Counted from the first letter of the stretch, positions 1 to 15,789 are shown. The stretch: DNA of 64,000 bases from Eledone cirrhosa (GCA_964016885.1 OZ024750.1:45632001-45696000), one strand, 5' to 3'. Program-made: numbers and translations. Notes: generated by a model not told the origin, from the letters alone.

Positions 1-500
1 TTTACAAATTTACAAATTTACAAACTTATAAATTTCTGGTTGGTTGGTTCCGCAACCAGATAGTTGTTTATATATATAGTCATAGTCCTTTCGTCACACA
101 CTCTGTGACCTCTTCAGTGACTGGGGATTCCTTTCTTCGTTTCTGTGCCTTTCCTTTCTTCTATCCTACGCCATTTTGTTTATGTGTGTGTGTTGTGTGC
201 TCAGTTTGCGCATGCGCCACATCCGGGTGTCTGTGTGTGTTTGTGTTCATTTTTCTATTTTTCTATTTATATTTTTCTATTTGTTTATTTATTTATTTAT
301 TTATTGTTGGTTGGTTGTTTGTTCTATGTGTGTGTGTGTTTTCATTTTGTCCTGTGTGTGTTTTCATTTTGTGTGTGTTTTCAATTGTAAGTTGTTTGTT
401 CTATGCGTATTGGCAACATGACCCTCCCAAAGTATAACAATATCGGTTTCAACACACGATTTCAGATAAAGAATCTTGCTAAACAAATTCAGAAACGAAA
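1..500. mobile_element. Short HHR-bearing non-autonomous element, family A, fold-back arrangement, left end outside the window
   Basis: 1-180 is the reverse complement of ~23686-23860; 410-500 matches 23909-24002 directly; ends in (TA)n. Confidence 0.75.
78..122 (-). ncRNA. Minimal type-I hammerhead ribozyme (family A)
   Basis: Minus strand: AGTCA-CTGAAGA-G-GTCACAgagtgTGTGAC-GAAA-GGAC-TA-TGACT. Stem I AGTCA/TGACT, stem II GTCACA/TGTGAC, one extra G after the core, cleavage triplet CUA. Confidence 0.75.
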
Positions 501-526
501 TATATATATATATTTATATCTATAAG

Positions 527-616
<90 letters not shown>

Positions 617-1005
617 GTGGAGAGATACACGAAGGCTTGTCGGCGTAGATGCCGAAAAATGCCAAATAGAAATAACAATTAAAAATTTAAGAAACCATTA
701 CCCATTTCTATTAGTTTTGTATAACGTTGAATGTTTATCGAAATTTATACAACTTTTTGCATATATTTGCATATGAAGTAATGTATATATGCATGTGTGA
801 TTGCATGCAGATTTCTTGAAGAATCTGCCGCTAATGGGCTGTCGGAAATTATTTATTGTAATTAGAGGAAATAACGGGATAACATTGGTTTCCTGCAAAA
901 ATAATGATTAAAAACATGATAGGATATATTAATGATATAGGACAGTTTCTACAGATTTACATTTCTAACTTTCTACTCTATTTGAAGGACAAATAGCTTG
1001 TGTTA

Positions 1006-1123
<118 letters not shown>

Positions 1124-1161
1124 GTGAGGTTTTTTTTACAAAATGAAAAATAACCGAGGTG

Positions 1162-1984
<823 letters not shown>

Positions 1985-2055
1985 CATATATATATATATA
2001 TACATATATATAAATAGGGTTCGTACGGTTGTCCTTCCTGTTCCTATAACCATGC

Positions 2056-2106
2056 CCATTCCGAGCTGAGGATCCGCTTAGGTGAAACAATTGTTCTCGG
2101 TATGGT
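2056..2106 (+). ncRNA. Minimal type-I hammerhead ribozyme (family B) inside a ~190-bp (TA)n-flanked insert (~2012-2203)
   Basis: CCGAG-CTGAGGA-TCCgcttaGGT-GAAA-CAATTG-TT-CTCGG. Stem I extends (CCAT/ATGG); palindromic stem III ACAATTGT; triplet GUU. Confidence 0.8.
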
Positions 2107-2198
2107 GAACTAACTGCTGTGTTACCACTTCTACCTAACTCGTCCCTTGGACTGAGTGCTCTACCACTACGGATATTACCTTCCAGTGTTCCACCACT

Positions 2199-2247
<49 letters not shown>

Positions 2248-2267
2248 AGACCCTCCATCTCAACTCA

Positions 2268-2305
2268 CCTTTTGAAAAGCAGAAGAACTGCGAAACCGGT
2301 AAAGG
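2268..2305 (+). ncRNA. Degenerate hammerhead relic (family C) in (TA)n-flanked insert 2245-2445
   Basis: CCTT-TTGAAAA-GCAGaagaaCTGC-GAAA-CCGG-TA-AAGG. Stems intact, palindromic ACCGGT, but the core has two substitutions versus CTGANGA. Confidence 0.55.
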
Positions 2306-2437
2306 AACCAAATAAATATATATATTTTTTTTAAAAATAAGACTCCAGTTGCATTTTCGATTTCATCTCTTTTTCTTTATACTTTCACTCGTGTAGGACA
2401 CCTCGGTTATTTTTCATTTTGTTAAAAAAAACCTCAC

Positions 2438-2535
<98 letters not shown>

Positions 2536-2602
2536 GGTTCACAGAAGACAATCAAAAGCATAAATTGAGATATAGGATATATATATATATATATATGTGT
2601 GT

Positions 2603-2653
<51 letters not shown>

Positions 2654-2883
2654 ATATATAACAGTGTATCCTTCAATGTAATATTTTATAGCTCATTCTA
2701 TCTTCTGATGTAGGAATATGTTACGAAATAGTATTTTTATTACTATATCAAGCGTTAAACTAATATATTTCATGATTCTACTGTGTTGGTTTGCCTCGTT
2801 GCTTCCTTTACTTTCTGCATTTACATATTGCATATCTTGTATTTGTTAGAAATGCACGTGTGTGTGTGAGAGAGAGAGAGAGA

Positions 2884-2966
<83 letters not shown>

Positions 2967-4632
2967 CGTTCAATTGCGACTGAAAATAATTTTTCTTTTA
3001 TTGTATGTAACTAATAGAGTAATCGAACACGTTATCGAAGCCTATAATATTTATTTAAGTAGATATATATTATTAATTATTTTGATATTTTTATTTATTT
3101 GAGCAAATAATTAAAACAAATATATAACACATATTATAAGCTACGTAAATTAAGATTGTATCCTTAGACAATTACTTTAAACAATCCCACCTGTGGTTTC
3201 TTTGGGTAGAGAGATACATCAGATGATTGGCTTTACTACGATATAGTATGTAGTAGGTATGGCTAGAAACATCAATGAAGTTTGGAGTCGGTGAAGTGTT
3301 AATAAATACACAAAGCTATGTTGGTTTAAAAAAAAGAATATGAAGAATGTAGCGGACGTCTGACATTGATGACGATGGATTAAAGGCTTTTGTGAGGGTA
3401 ACTAATCTTGCAAGTGAGCTGGATATAAGCATTGGAATAAGTTCTGAATATTTGAATCAAAGTTATGATCTGAGTATAAATTCCACCGAGGTCAGCTTTG
3501 TCTTTCAACTTCAAGCGATTTATAAAATAAAGTACCAGTAAAGCAATGGGGTCAATTTAATTTTCTTTCTTGTTTCCTTCAATGGCTTAAGTTGGGAATA
3601 AAGTTAAAAATCATTAGGGGCAGATGTTTTCGGTGTCATGAGAAATAGCAAAGCCTATTTTTACAGGGACCCGTACGATACACAAATTACTAAGGTTTTG
3701 GGGTATGTCATATAGTCTGAGCATGGTCGAATCAACATCATCATCCAGTTTTTTTTTAATCTCTCTGTCTCACTATATCACTCTCTTTACCTTTCTCTCT
3801 CATACATTCACTCTCCTTTGTTCTCTCAACTCATTATGTCTCTCTCCCTCTCACCCTCTCTCATTCTTTCTCTCACTCTCTCTCTCTCTCTCTTTCTCAC
3901 ACACACACTCACACATTCACTCTCTCGCGCACTCTCTCACACACATTTACACATATACGATGCTGTACCTGTTTATATTAATGATAATAAACACTTTATT
4001 TATCTCATCATTCTCCGAGCAATCTCTTTTCCTCTCGTTTTACCACTCTTTCTTCGTTCTCTATTTCTATTGCTTCTTTCAATTCTCGTCTCTCTATTCC
4101 TATCACTCAAACATTCCTTCTCTCCCAGTCTATCTCATACTCTGTTACGATCCGATTCTCTGACTACTTTCGCTTTTTTACACACACGGCGGCTCTTAAT
4201 TTACATCAGTTTATTTCTTATCTCCCTTTAGTAGGGAAGTTATATCCCAGCCAGGATAATAGGTGCCACTAGACTTTGAGGCGTCTTGTCCGTTTCCTCT
4301 ATCTCATCACCCTCTCCCACGCAGTTCCTATGAATATCTCAGGCCCTTCATTAAAGTTTACTGAAAATCCGCTGTAGTGTTAAGCGCAGTAGAATTGCCT
4401 TGGGGTATAAATAACAGATGTCATTATAATGTAGGGGAAAAATTGTGTGAAATGAAGCAAGAATGTTTCCGGTTGATGGAGACAAGATGGTGGCCTGTTT
4501 GATTACATATAAACATATAAATATAAGTAAAACTAAGCTTCAAGTCAGGCCGTTTGTTTACAAATGGATCGAACAGTCTTATTAATGTTGGATATAACCC
4601 ATATGTACATATGTATATGTGTATATGAGTGT

Positions 4633-4827
<195 letters not shown>

Positions 4828-4988
4828 ACGTGTGCATACTTACATATGAATATAATTATGTAGTTAATCAGATTTTAACAAACTGTTATCATACACACAA
4901 TTACACACATAAGCCTACACATACACATGGTTACAGACAAAAACACACATACACACACTTATATATGTGTGTCGCTATATGTATATAG

Positions 4989-5146
4989 AGGCGGCGAATT
5001 GGCAGAATCGTTTGAATGTCGGATAGAATGCCTTGCAGTATTCCTTTCGACAATCTGCTCTCTGATTTCAAATCCCACCGAGGTAAACATTACCTTTCAT
5101 CCTTTCGGGGTCGATAAAAACGTACCAGTCAAGTACTTGGTCGATT
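4989..5146 (+). mobile_element. tRNA-derived SINE (older copy)
   Basis: A-box-like TGGCAGAATCG, B-box-like TTTCAAATCC, central CCTTTCATCCTTTCGGGGTCGATAAAA..GTACCAG domain shared with the other copies. Confidence 0.8.
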
Positions 5147-5357
5147 CTTCATCTATATCTCTTCTCATTTTCTCTTCTTCAATATCTTACCTTTTCTAGA
5201 TGAAATCGGCTGTATTCAGATCTGGAGAGGGATGTGCTCTGCCAGGTTTAAAAATGCCCCAGAAACGCCATATATCAATATAGTGCCTCGATGTTTCTTT
5301 TAGGAGTTTCAGGACCATACATGGAAAGAAATAGCCACTAAACTACACACCTGTAGT

Positions 5358-5624
5358 CAGTAGCGTGCAGAGGTGTCGTCAGATGGTGTGTTGGCCCCAG
5401 CCATGCTTGGATGGGGGCACCATTTGCGGAAAAGTACTTAATAAATTTGATTGATTTATATTAAAATAGAATAAAGCGTTTATTTAATGTTTCATCTGTG
5501 CTCATATATTCAAAATGTTTTCCTTTCTCATAATATTTTTCAGTATATTAGGCCTTATACTTAAGTCTTTGGGTCATACAATCAAGATTTGCTCCGGGCA
5601 TCACCAGAGCTCTGCATGCCGCTG
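5358..5624. mobile_element. Non-autonomous hAT (Tip100-like) MITE
   Basis: TIRs CAGTAGCGTGCAGAG / CTCTGCATGCCGCTG; 8-bp TSD CCTGTAGT (5350-5357) / CCTGTAGC (5625-5632). Confidence 0.75.
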
Positions 5625-5985
5625 CCTGTAGCCCACATACACATCATATATATTTAGTATTGAATACAAATATATTACATTAGCAGTTAGAAATAGGGAT
5701 TATATTTCACATGACTCCTGGGCATGTATTACCAGTTTATATGCCATACAGTCAGTAAATAACTAATAAGGTAAGCTACATAAACACCTGGTTAATTATC
5801 TTTTCCTCCTGCCTATCAAGTTCTCTGTCCGATGAATGAATGCCAAATTGTTTAATACGCTGTTACCGTAAAACACGTATTTCGTAAATTCTTGCACTGA
5901 CTCTATGTATAAGAACCTGGCACCTATAATATGCACAATGTTTTGAACTTAACTCATGTATATGTTGTTGTTACTCTATGTAAAA

Positions 5986-6410
5986 CAGGGGTGTGCAACA
6001 TATTCCATTGATGGGTCAGTGTTGAGCATTGGACCAACTATTAGGGCCATTAATATTTATTAAACACAATTCCAAAGATTCACTACAACTTCTTTCCATA
6101 ACATGGAACTGGGAAATTATAACACACATAACCCTATCAGAACAACTATTAGGGCCATTAATATTTATTAAACACTATTCCAAAGATTCACCCCAACTTC
6201 GTGCCATAACTTGGAACTGGGAAATTATAACACATAACCCTATCAAGGAAGCCCTTTAGTATAGGTCAACTAACAGAAAATTGTATTACGGTTACGAAAA
6301 AAATTCTAAATAAGCCTACAAGGTAAAAATTAAAAATGGTCATCGCGAGTCACTCTGACTGGTTTGGCGGGCCGGATAGTGGCCCACGGGCCGCCTGTTG
6401 CACGCCCTTG
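5986..6410. mobile_element. Non-autonomous hAT (Charlie-like) MITE with an internal ~108-bp tandem duplication
   Basis: TIRs CAGGGGTGTGCAAC / GTTGCACGCCCTTG; subterminal GGCCCACGGGCCG; TSD-like ATGTAAAA / GTGTAGAA; 6035-6139 repeated at 6143-6245. Confidence 0.7.
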
Positions 6411-6735
6411 GTGTAGAATGTTTTAACACCTGGAATATGCCTTATCTCTCGCTTCTAATGTAAGTGTATGCTGTTTTTACTGTATATACAAAGTTTGCTC
6501 TAACGTATGGACAATGTCTGGCGCTTAACATATGTACATGGTGCTGTTATTGTATGTGTATAGTCCTAGTGTGTAAAGTATATACAATAACTTGCACTTA
6601 ATGTAAATATGTTGCTGTAAACGTGTATGTAACGTCCTTGCTCCTAAACTATGTATAATGTGTATATATAGGTCTTTATGTACTCAAGATGAAGTTTTGC
6701 TCTCATTCCATTTCTGTTTTCATTATTTTCCATCG

Positions 6736-6925
6736 ATGGCAGTGGATTGGCAGTATCGGTAGAGCGCCGGACGCCATGCTTTGACGCATGGAGTTACGGC
6801 CCTTTACATTCTGAGTTCAAATCCCGCCGAGGTTAACTTTGCCTTTCATCCTTACGGGGTCGATAAAGTAAAGTACCAGTAATGCACTGGGGTAATTGCT
6901 GGCCTTGTGCCAGAAAATAGAAACA
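6736..6925 (+). mobile_element. Full-length tRNA-derived SINE (MetaSINE/MESC-like central domain)
   Basis: A box TGGCAGTATCGG, B box GAGTTCAAATCC, GCCTTTCATCCTTACGGGGTCGATAAA domain, tail GGCCTTGTGCC..GAAACAATTAT; 14-bp TSD ATTATTTTCCATCG (6722-6735 / 6926-6939). Confidence 0.9.
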
Positions 6926-7117
6926 ATTATTTTCCATCGTTTAGTCATACTAATTTCAATATTTTTATTTATGTATGCCTAGCTAACTCCATATGTATCT
7001 TTGTCTGTGTTTGCATGTATTAATTTATAAATATATCTATATATACAAAGATTCATGCATACATACACCCAAACCGATATATATATATATATATGTGGGT
7101 GTGTGTCTGTGTGTATA

Positions 7118-7150
<33 letters not shown>

Positions 7151-7341
7151 GATGCATACATACATCCAAATCGATATATACATGTATATATATGTGTTTG
7201 TGTGTCTATCTATGTGTATGTGCGTTTATGTATACCTATTTACATGTATGTGTGTATAGGGAAGTTCACATCCATAAATCTAATCAATATGTATGTGTTT
7301 ACAGTCATATGCGATTACATACAAATACATATACATACACA

Positions 7342-7445
<104 letters not shown>

Positions 7446-8300
7446 TATATATATGTGTTTCATCGAATGTATTCAAGTATATGTAAGATATTTTATACGT
7501 TTGAACATATGTATGAATGCATATAATTTTCTTCTTTCTTTGTGCAATAGTTTTCTCATCAGTTTTTCAATAACATACGTGCATCGGTTTTAATAACTGT
7601 TGTTTTGTAACGTACAAAGTCGGAAATAGCCGAATGATGTTTGAACACGAAGTTCCTCTGTTATGTTCTGTATCAAAATCATTTAAGAAGATAATATATA
7701 AAGAACAAAAGATACATGAAAAGAAAGAGATTGTCAAGTGAGGGGAGAATAACGAAATGACGAAGAAAGTACGAGAGAGATATTGAGGGAGATGGAGGGT
7801 TAGAAAGAGAAAAAAACATGATAAAGACACACGGAAAAAATATATAAAGGAGGCTATCAATTGAAGAATATTGTATTCTTTGAAAAGATACCTCCTTATT
7901 ATTATTCCCAAGAACTGACTATTCAGACTATTGGCATGCTGTGTGGTGAAGGGTGGAAGGTGTATTAAGATGAGAAGATAGTTAGGTAGGAAGAAAGAGA
8001 AAACAAGGGCTATAGTGGGATAGAATAAATGTAGTTGGACAATAATGAGAGCAAAACGGTGTATACATACATACATGCATACAGTCATAAATTTGTACAC
8101 AAACTCACACACAGACAGACGTGTTTATATTTATATAAAATATATATACATACCTAATATATATATATATATATATAGACATATACATACACATAGACAG
8201 ATAGAGTTACAGAGGCACGTATTTATATATATGTATATATACAAACACATATATATACACACATACACTTACACTCACACATACATAGAAGCAGACACAC

Positions 8301-8343
<43 letters not shown>

Positions 8344-8440
8344 GAGAGAGAGAGAGAGAGAGATACATACATACATACATACATACATACATACATACAT
8401 ACATACATACATACATACATACATACATACATACATACAT

Positions 8441-8508
<68 letters not shown>

Positions 8509-9187
8509 TATACAGATAGTCATTCATGATAGACAGTTGTTCGTTGGAGAGAAATAGAAAGAAAGAAAAGGGAGTGAAAGAGTGTTATATAGACTGAGTG
8601 AGTCACATTGCGATGAGTGATAGATAGTTTTATAAGGGGTGAATGAAGTCTATAGCTTTCCCGATATAACTTCTCTTTTCTGATTTTTAATAATATTCTA
8701 ATAACAGTTGTATGTCGTCTCCGACCAATTACAGTATCTCCTCTTTAATCTTACTGTAGAAAATTCGAAGAAATGGAAACAAAAGCAGCAATATTAATAA
8801 CAGAAACAACAGCGATTTCTAAACGGTAATGAAAGAAAAAAGACAAGGAAAAGAATAATTGAAATAAAAAAAATCTGTACATTGAAAGAGAACGTAGAAA
8901 AAATAAGAGGCAGAAAGAAGTTTAAAAAATCTACAAATACAAGTTAATAGGAGAGTTACAATGGAGAAAGAAAATAGACACACACATACAAAAATATGTA
9001 TAAATGAAGAAATTTTTAAGTTGTAAATATGCAGATATGAGTTTAAGGGAAACAAGCAATGGAGGGAAAATGTTAAATATATACATGTATAGTGAGAGGA
9101 AGATAGAACCAGAGAGAAAGAGGAAGAGAAAAAAACGTAGAATAGAGAAAAGCAGATATAATTTAAATGAAATTTTATATATATATA

Positions 9188-9222
<35 letters not shown>

Positions 9223-10099
9223 TTAAGTATGTATGTATGCGTGTATGTATGTGTCTGTGTGTGTACGTGTCTGTATGTGTCTGTGTATGCGTGAGTATGT
9301 GTGTATATATTTAACTTTCTACTTTTCTTTTTAAAGCAATGTCCGCTTTCCAATTTTCATAAACGAGCCATCTTGCTTTACTGCCTTAATTGATCTGCTG
9401 AAAGAAAGAACAAAAAAAGAACAACAATAATAACAAAAAAAAAACAAGGCCAAAATAAAATAGAGGAAAAATTAGGAAGAAAAAATATAATTATTATAAA
9501 ATAATTACGAAAAATATAAATTAGTCTTTGTACCGTTTATATATAAAGACATGCAGACAAATACTTGCTAAAGAGGTATCATTTAAAATAAAAATACAAA
9601 AAAAAAATGTAAGAATAAAAGACAAGAAGAAAAGAAGAGCAGTAAGACAGGGGGAAGTAATCGTTATTGTTTATTAACTTTCTATTTTATTATTATTTTT
9701 TCTTTACATTGTTCTTTCCCTTTAATTCTGACGTTTTATTTTTGTTGCTCCACGGCTGTTTTTATCTCGTTTTCTCATTAATATCTGTTTAACTTTTCTT
9801 TATAGTAAATGCGTTTCTCTTTCTTGTCGTCTGAGGGGGTGGTTTCAAAAATGTTCATCTCATATACATATTTTTATAATTTTTTTTTCATCTATTTTTT
9901 TATCTCTTTTTCTCCCTGTCTTTCTCTTATTATCAGCTTATTTGCCATGAAATTTGGTATATATTTATTCGTTTATTTACTCGATATTTTTACGATCATT
10001 TAAGCAAATTGGTGGTAAATATTTCCAGAAAGAGCTGTCCAATTTTCGTTAGTAGTTGGAACAAATATATGGTAAACTAAAACGAGACAATAAAGAGTC

Positions 10100-11925
10100 G
10101 GTGTATGTTGGTGTATGTTCGTGTATGTTGGTGTGTGTTGGTGTGTGTTGGTGTGTGGTGGTGTGTGTTGGTGAGTGTTGGTGAGTGTTGGTGTGTGTTG
10201 GCGTGTGTTGATATATGTAAGTGTGTGTTGGTGTGTATTGGTGTGTGTTGGTATATGTTGGTGTGTGGTGGTGTGTGTTGCTGTGTGTTGGTATATGTAG
10301 GTGTGTGTTGGTGTGTGTTGGTGAGTGTAAGTGTGTGTAGGTGTGTGTTGGTGGGTGTTGGTGTGTGGTGGTGTGTGTTGATGTGTGTTGGTGAGTGTTA
10401 GTGTGGGTTAATATATGTAGGTGTGTGTTGGTGTGTGTTGGTGTGTCTTGGTATGCGGTGGTGTGTGTTGGTATATGTTGGTGTGTGGTGGTGTGTGTTG
10501 CTGTGTGTTGGTATATGTAGGTGTGTGTTGGTGTGTGTTGGTGAGTGTAAGTGCGTGTAGGTGTGTGTTGGTGGGTGTTGGTGTGTGGTGGTGGGTGTTG
10601 ATGTGTGTTGGTGTGTGTTGGTGTGTGTTGGTATATGTTGGTGTGCGGTGGTGTGTGTTGTTGTGTGTTGGTATATGTAGGTTTGTGGTGGTGTATGTTG
10701 CTGTGTGTTGGTATATATAGGTGTGCGTTGGTGAGTGTTGATGTGTGTACGTATATGTAGGTGAATGTTGGTGTGTGTGTGTGGAGGCACGTGGCCTAGT
10801 GGTAAGAGTGTTGGACTTACGATCATAATGTTGTGGGTTCGATTCCTGGGCTGGCGCCCTGTCCAGGGGGGAGCCTGGTACTCTCAGTCGCTTCACGCCA
10901 TGAAACCGGGAAAGCATCGGCCAAATTAGCCTTCTGGAATAAGACAGACTTTAGACTTTTTAGATGGTGTGTGTAGGTGTGTGTTCATTTGTGTAGTTAT
11001 ATGTAGGTGTGTGTAGGTATATGTAGGTGTGTGTTGGTGTGTTTTGGTGTGTGTAGGTGTGTGTAGGTGTGTGTTGATATATGTAGGTGTGTGTTGGTAT
11101 ATGTATGTGTGTGTTGGTGTGTTTTGGTGTGTGTAGGTGTGTGTAGGTGTGTGTTGATATATGTAGGTGTGTGTGCAGGTGTGTGTGCAGGTGTGTGTTG
11201 GTATATGTAGGTGTGTGTTGGTGTGTGTTGGTATCTGTAGGTGTGTGTAGGTGTGTGTTCGTGTGTGTAGGTATATGTAGGTGTGTGTAGGTATATGTAG
11301 GTGTGTGTAGGTATATGTAGATGTATGTAGTGTGTGTTCGTGTGTGTTGGTGTATGTTGGTATATGTAGTTATATGTAGGTGTGTGTTGGTAAATGTAGG
11401 TTTCTGTTGGTATATGTAGGTGTGTGTAGGTGTGTTTTGGTGTGTGTAGGTGTGTGTTGGTATATGTAGGTGGGTGTTGGTATATGTAGGTGGGTGTTGG
11501 TATATGTAGGTGTGTGTTGGTGTGTGTAGGTGTGTGTTGGTATTTATAGGTATATGTATGTGTGTGTTGGTATATGTAGATGTGTGTAGGTGTGTGTTGG
11601 TATATGTAGGTGTATGTTTGTGAGTGTTGATGTGTGTAGGTGTGTAGGTGTGTGTTGGTGTGTGTTGGTGAGTATTGGTGTGTGTTGGTATACGTAGGTG
11701 TATGTAGGTGTGTGTTGGTGTGTGTTGGATTTCGTAGCTGTGTGTAGGTATGTGCTGGTGTGTGTAGGTGTGAGTTGGTATATGTAGGTATATGTTGGTG
11801 TATATAGGTGAGTGTTGGTGTGTGTTGGTATATGTAAGTGTATGTAGGTGTGTGTTGGTGTGTGTTGGTTTCCGTAGGTGTGTGTAGGTGTGTTGGTATA
11901 TGTAGGTGTGTATGTGTGGGTGTAG
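10100..11925. repeat. Degenerate GT-rich ~10-bp minisatellite (GGTGTGTGTT / GGTATATGTA), interrupted by a SINE
   Basis: Direct periodicity visible. Confidence 0.9.
10783..10962 (+). mobile_element. Second tRNA-derived SINE family
   Basis: tRNA-like head GGAGGCACGTGGCCTAGTGGTAAG...GGTTCGATTCC (A and B boxes), unrelated body, short (AGACTTT)-type tail. Confidence 0.7.
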
Positions 11926-11989
11926 GCCTATATAGCTATTTTGGAAAGGATTAACAGCAAAGAAAAGAACTACAGCATAGTGACAATGG

Positions 11990-12036
<47 letters not shown>

Positions 12037-12239
12037 GTGGTGGTGATGATGATGATGGTGATGATGACGATGAAGAAGAAGAAGAAGAAGAAGAAGAAGA
12101 AGAAGAAGAAGAAGAAGAAGAAGAAGAAGAAGAAGAAGAAGAAGAATGAGGTAAAAACAAATTAGTACAGCAGCGGCAATAATGACAACAACAACAGCAG
12201 GAGGAGTTATTATAACAACAACAGCAATAGTAATAGCAA

Positions 12240-12420
12240 ATAATTGTTTCTACTTTTGGCACAAGGCCAGAAATTAACCAGTACATTACTGGTACTTTAT
12301 TTTATCGACTCCGTAAGGCTGAAAGGCAGAGTTAACCTCGGCGTGATTTGAACTCACACCGTAAAGGGACGTAACTACGCTGGACAGCATGTCCGACCCT
12401 CCACCGGTGCTGCCAATTCA
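12240..12420 (-). mobile_element. tRNA-derived SINE (main family)
   Basis: Reverse complement of the 6736-6925 family. Confidence 0.85.
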
Positions 12421-14345
12421 GCACAGCAGCAGCAACGACAGGTAAGGATAATAACTGCAGCAGCAGCAGTAAGGAAGGATAACAACAGCAGCAACTGCAG
12501 TTAGTAATGACAGCAGAACAGCAGCCACAACAGGTAATGATAATAACTGCAGCAGCAGCAGTAAGGAGAGATAACAACAGCAGCAACTGCAGTTAGTAAT
12601 GCCAGCAGAACAACAGCAACAATATGTAATGATAATAACTGCAGCAGCAGCAGTAAGGAAGGATAACAACAGCAGCAACTGCAGTTAGTAATGACAGCAG
12701 AACAGCAGCAACACGATGTAATGATAATAACTGCAGCAGCAGCAGGAAGGAGAGATAACAACAGCAGCAACTGCAGTTAGTAATGACAGCATAACAGCAG
12801 CAAGAATATGCAATGATAATAACTGCAGCAGCAGCAGTAAGGAGAGATAACAACAGCAGCAACTGCAGTTAGTAATGACAGCAGAACAGCAGAAAGAACA
12901 TGTAATGATAATAACTGCAGCAGCAGCAGTAAGGAAGGATAACAACAGCAGCAACTGCAGTTAGTAATGACAGCAGAACAGCAGAAAGAACATGTAATGA
13001 TAATAACTGCAGCAGCAGCAGTAAGGAGAGATAACAACAGCAGCAACTGCAGTTAGTAATGACAGCAGAACAGCAGAAAGAACATGTAATGATAATAACT
13101 GCAGCAGCAGCAGTAAGGAAGGATAACAACAGCAGCAACTGCAGTTAGTAATGACAGCAGAAGAGCAGCAAGAACATGTAATGATAATAACTGCAGCAGC
13201 AGCAGCAGTAAGGAAGGATAACAACAGCAGCAACTGCAGTTAGTAATGACAGCAGAAGAGCAGCAAGAACATGTAATGATAATAACTGCAGCAGCAGCAG
13301 TAAGCAAGGATGACAACAGCAGCAACTGCAGTTAGTAATGACAGCAGAACTGCAGCAAGAACATGTAATGATAATAACTGCAGCAGCAGCAGTAATGAAG
13401 GATAACAACAGCACCAACTGCAGTTAGTAATGACAGCAGAACAGCAGCAAGAACATGTAATGATAATAACTGCAGCAGCAGCAGTAAGGAAGGATGACAA
13501 CAGCAGTAACTGCAGTTAGTAATTACAGCAGAACAGCAGCAAGAACATGCAATGATAATAACTGCAGCAGCAGCAGTAAGGAAGGATAACAACAGCAGCA
13601 ACTGCAGTTAGTAATGACAGCAGAACAGCAGCAAAAACGTGCAATGATAATAACTGCAGCAGCAGCAGTAAGGAAGGATAACAACAGCAGCAACTGCAGT
13701 TAGTAATGACAGCAGAACAGCAGCAAAAACATGCAATGATAATAACTGCAGCAGCAGTAAGGAAGGATAACAACAGCAGCAACTGCAGTTAGTAATGACA
13801 GCAGAACAGCAGCAACAATATGTAATGATAATAACTGCAGCAGCAACAGTAAGGAAGGATAACAACAGCAGCAACTGCAGTTAGTAATGACAGCAGAAGA
13901 GCAGCAAGAACATGTAATGATAATAACTGCAGCAGCAGCAGTAAGGAAGGATAACAACAGCAGCAACTGCAGTTAGTAATGACAGCAGAACAGCAGCAAG
14001 AACATGTAATGATAATAACTGCAGCAGCAGCAGTAAGGAAAGATAACAACAGCAGCAACTGCAGTTAGTAATGACAGCAGAACAGCAGCAAGAACATGTA
14101 ATGATAATAACTGCAGCAGCAGTAAGGAGAGATAACAACAGCAGCAACTGCAGTTAGTAATGACGGCAGAACAGCAGCAACAAGAGGTAATGATAATAAC
14201 TGCAGCAGCAACAGTAAGGAAGGATAACAACAGCAGCAACAACAGTTAGTGATGGCAGCAGAACAGCAGCAACAAGAGGTAATGATAATAACTGCAGCAG
14301 CAGTAGTAAGAGATAACAACAGCAGCAGCTGCAGTTAGTAATACG
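12421..14345. repeat. 92-bp CAG/CAA-rich minisatellite, ~21 copies
   Basis: Unit CAGCAGCAACTGCAGTTAGTAATGACAGCAGAACAGCAGCAAGAACATGTAATGATAATAACTGCAGCAGCAGCAGTAAGGAAGGATAACAA; the ORF track repeats with a 92-nt offset. Confidence 0.95.
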
Positions 14346-15394
14346 AACAACAACAGAATAAAAATGTAATGAGAGCAGGAAACCGCAGGAAACAGCGGGA
14401 AACAGAAATTAAGAACCACAGCAGCTTCAACAGTAGCTTGTAATGACAATAACAGCAACAGCTAGAAATGATAACAACATCAGCAGTAATAAGGTATAAT
14501 ATCATCAAAAGCAGCAGCAGGTAATAACAACAAAGGAGCAGCTATTAGTAATGACCACAAGAACAAGTATGATGATGTAAGTAATGAAAACAAGATCAGT
14601 AGCAGTAATGACAGCAACAACAACAGCAGGAAATAATAAGGTGAAGACCAGCAGCATGAAATGATATCTAATAATAACAACAACAGCAATAATAACAACC
14701 TAAGCAGCAGCAGTAATGATAGCAGCAGTAATAACAACCTCTGCAGTAGCGCGTAATGATATAAAAACAGCAACAATAGCAATATCAACAGTAATAACAA
14801 GAACAGTAATGACACCACCAGAATCAGCAGCAGCAGCAGTAATAGCAACATCAACAGCAACTGTAATAACAACAGCAGTATATTATGACAACAGCAGCCG
14901 TAATAATGACAACAGTAGCCGTAATAATGACAACAGCAGCAGCAACAGTAATACAAACATCAACAGCAGCGTTTAATGATACCGAAAACAGCAGCAATAA
15001 CAATTTCAACAAAAGTAATGACAAGATCAGCAGCAGCAGCCGTAATAACATCATCGCCATCATCATCAGCAGCGTGTAATGATATCAAAACAGCAGCAAT
15101 AGCAATATCAACAATAACAACAACAATGACAAGACCAGCAGCAGCATTAATAACAACATCAACAGCAGCAGTAATAACAACATCAACAGCAGCAGTAATA
15201 ACAACATCAACAGCAGCAGTAATAACTACATCAACAGGAGCAATAATAACAACACTAGCAGCAGCATTAATGACAACCCCATCATCATCAGCAGCAACAA
15301 TTAATGACGGGGGCAGCAACTGTAATAACAACATCAGCAGTATATTGTGACAACAGCAGCCGTAATAATGACCACACCAGCAGCATGTAATAAC

Positions 15395-15557
15395 GCTTTC
15401 TTATTTAGGCACAAGGCCGGCCATTTTAGGGGAAGGGAAAGTCGAGTAAATCGACCCCAGTTAATTACTGGTACTTTACTTTATTGACCCCGTAAGGATG
15501 AGAGGCAAAGTTAACCTCGTTGGAATTTGAACTCAGATCTTAAAGGGCCGGAACTCT
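15395..15557 (-). mobile_element. tRNA-derived SINE, 5'-truncated (long-tail variant)
   Basis: GGCACAAGGCC...CTGGTACTTTA..GACCCCGTAAGGATGA..TTTGAACTCAGA. Confidence 0.8.
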
Positions 15558-15789
15558 ATATAATAACAGCAGCATGTAATAACAATACCCTATCATCATC
15601 AGCAGTAACAGCAATAATTATTGACGGGAGAAGCAACTGTAACAACAACAACAACAGCAGTATATTGTGACAACAGCAGCCGTAAAAATGACCACAACAG
15701 CAGAATGTAATAACAACGATAAGATGGTAGTGATAATTATGATGTTGGTTATCATCGCTGTCGGAACTATTATTACCAAAAATTGTTAT

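Noticed and set aside
10783-10858. Functional tRNA gene
   Set aside because: The acceptor stem does not pair and the sequence continues into a SINE body.
12332-14458. Series of ~89-aa Cys/Leu/Ala-rich ORFs resembling a secreted peptide family
   Set aside because: Produced by a 92-bp minisatellite whose period is not a multiple of 3; each ORF cycles through all frames.
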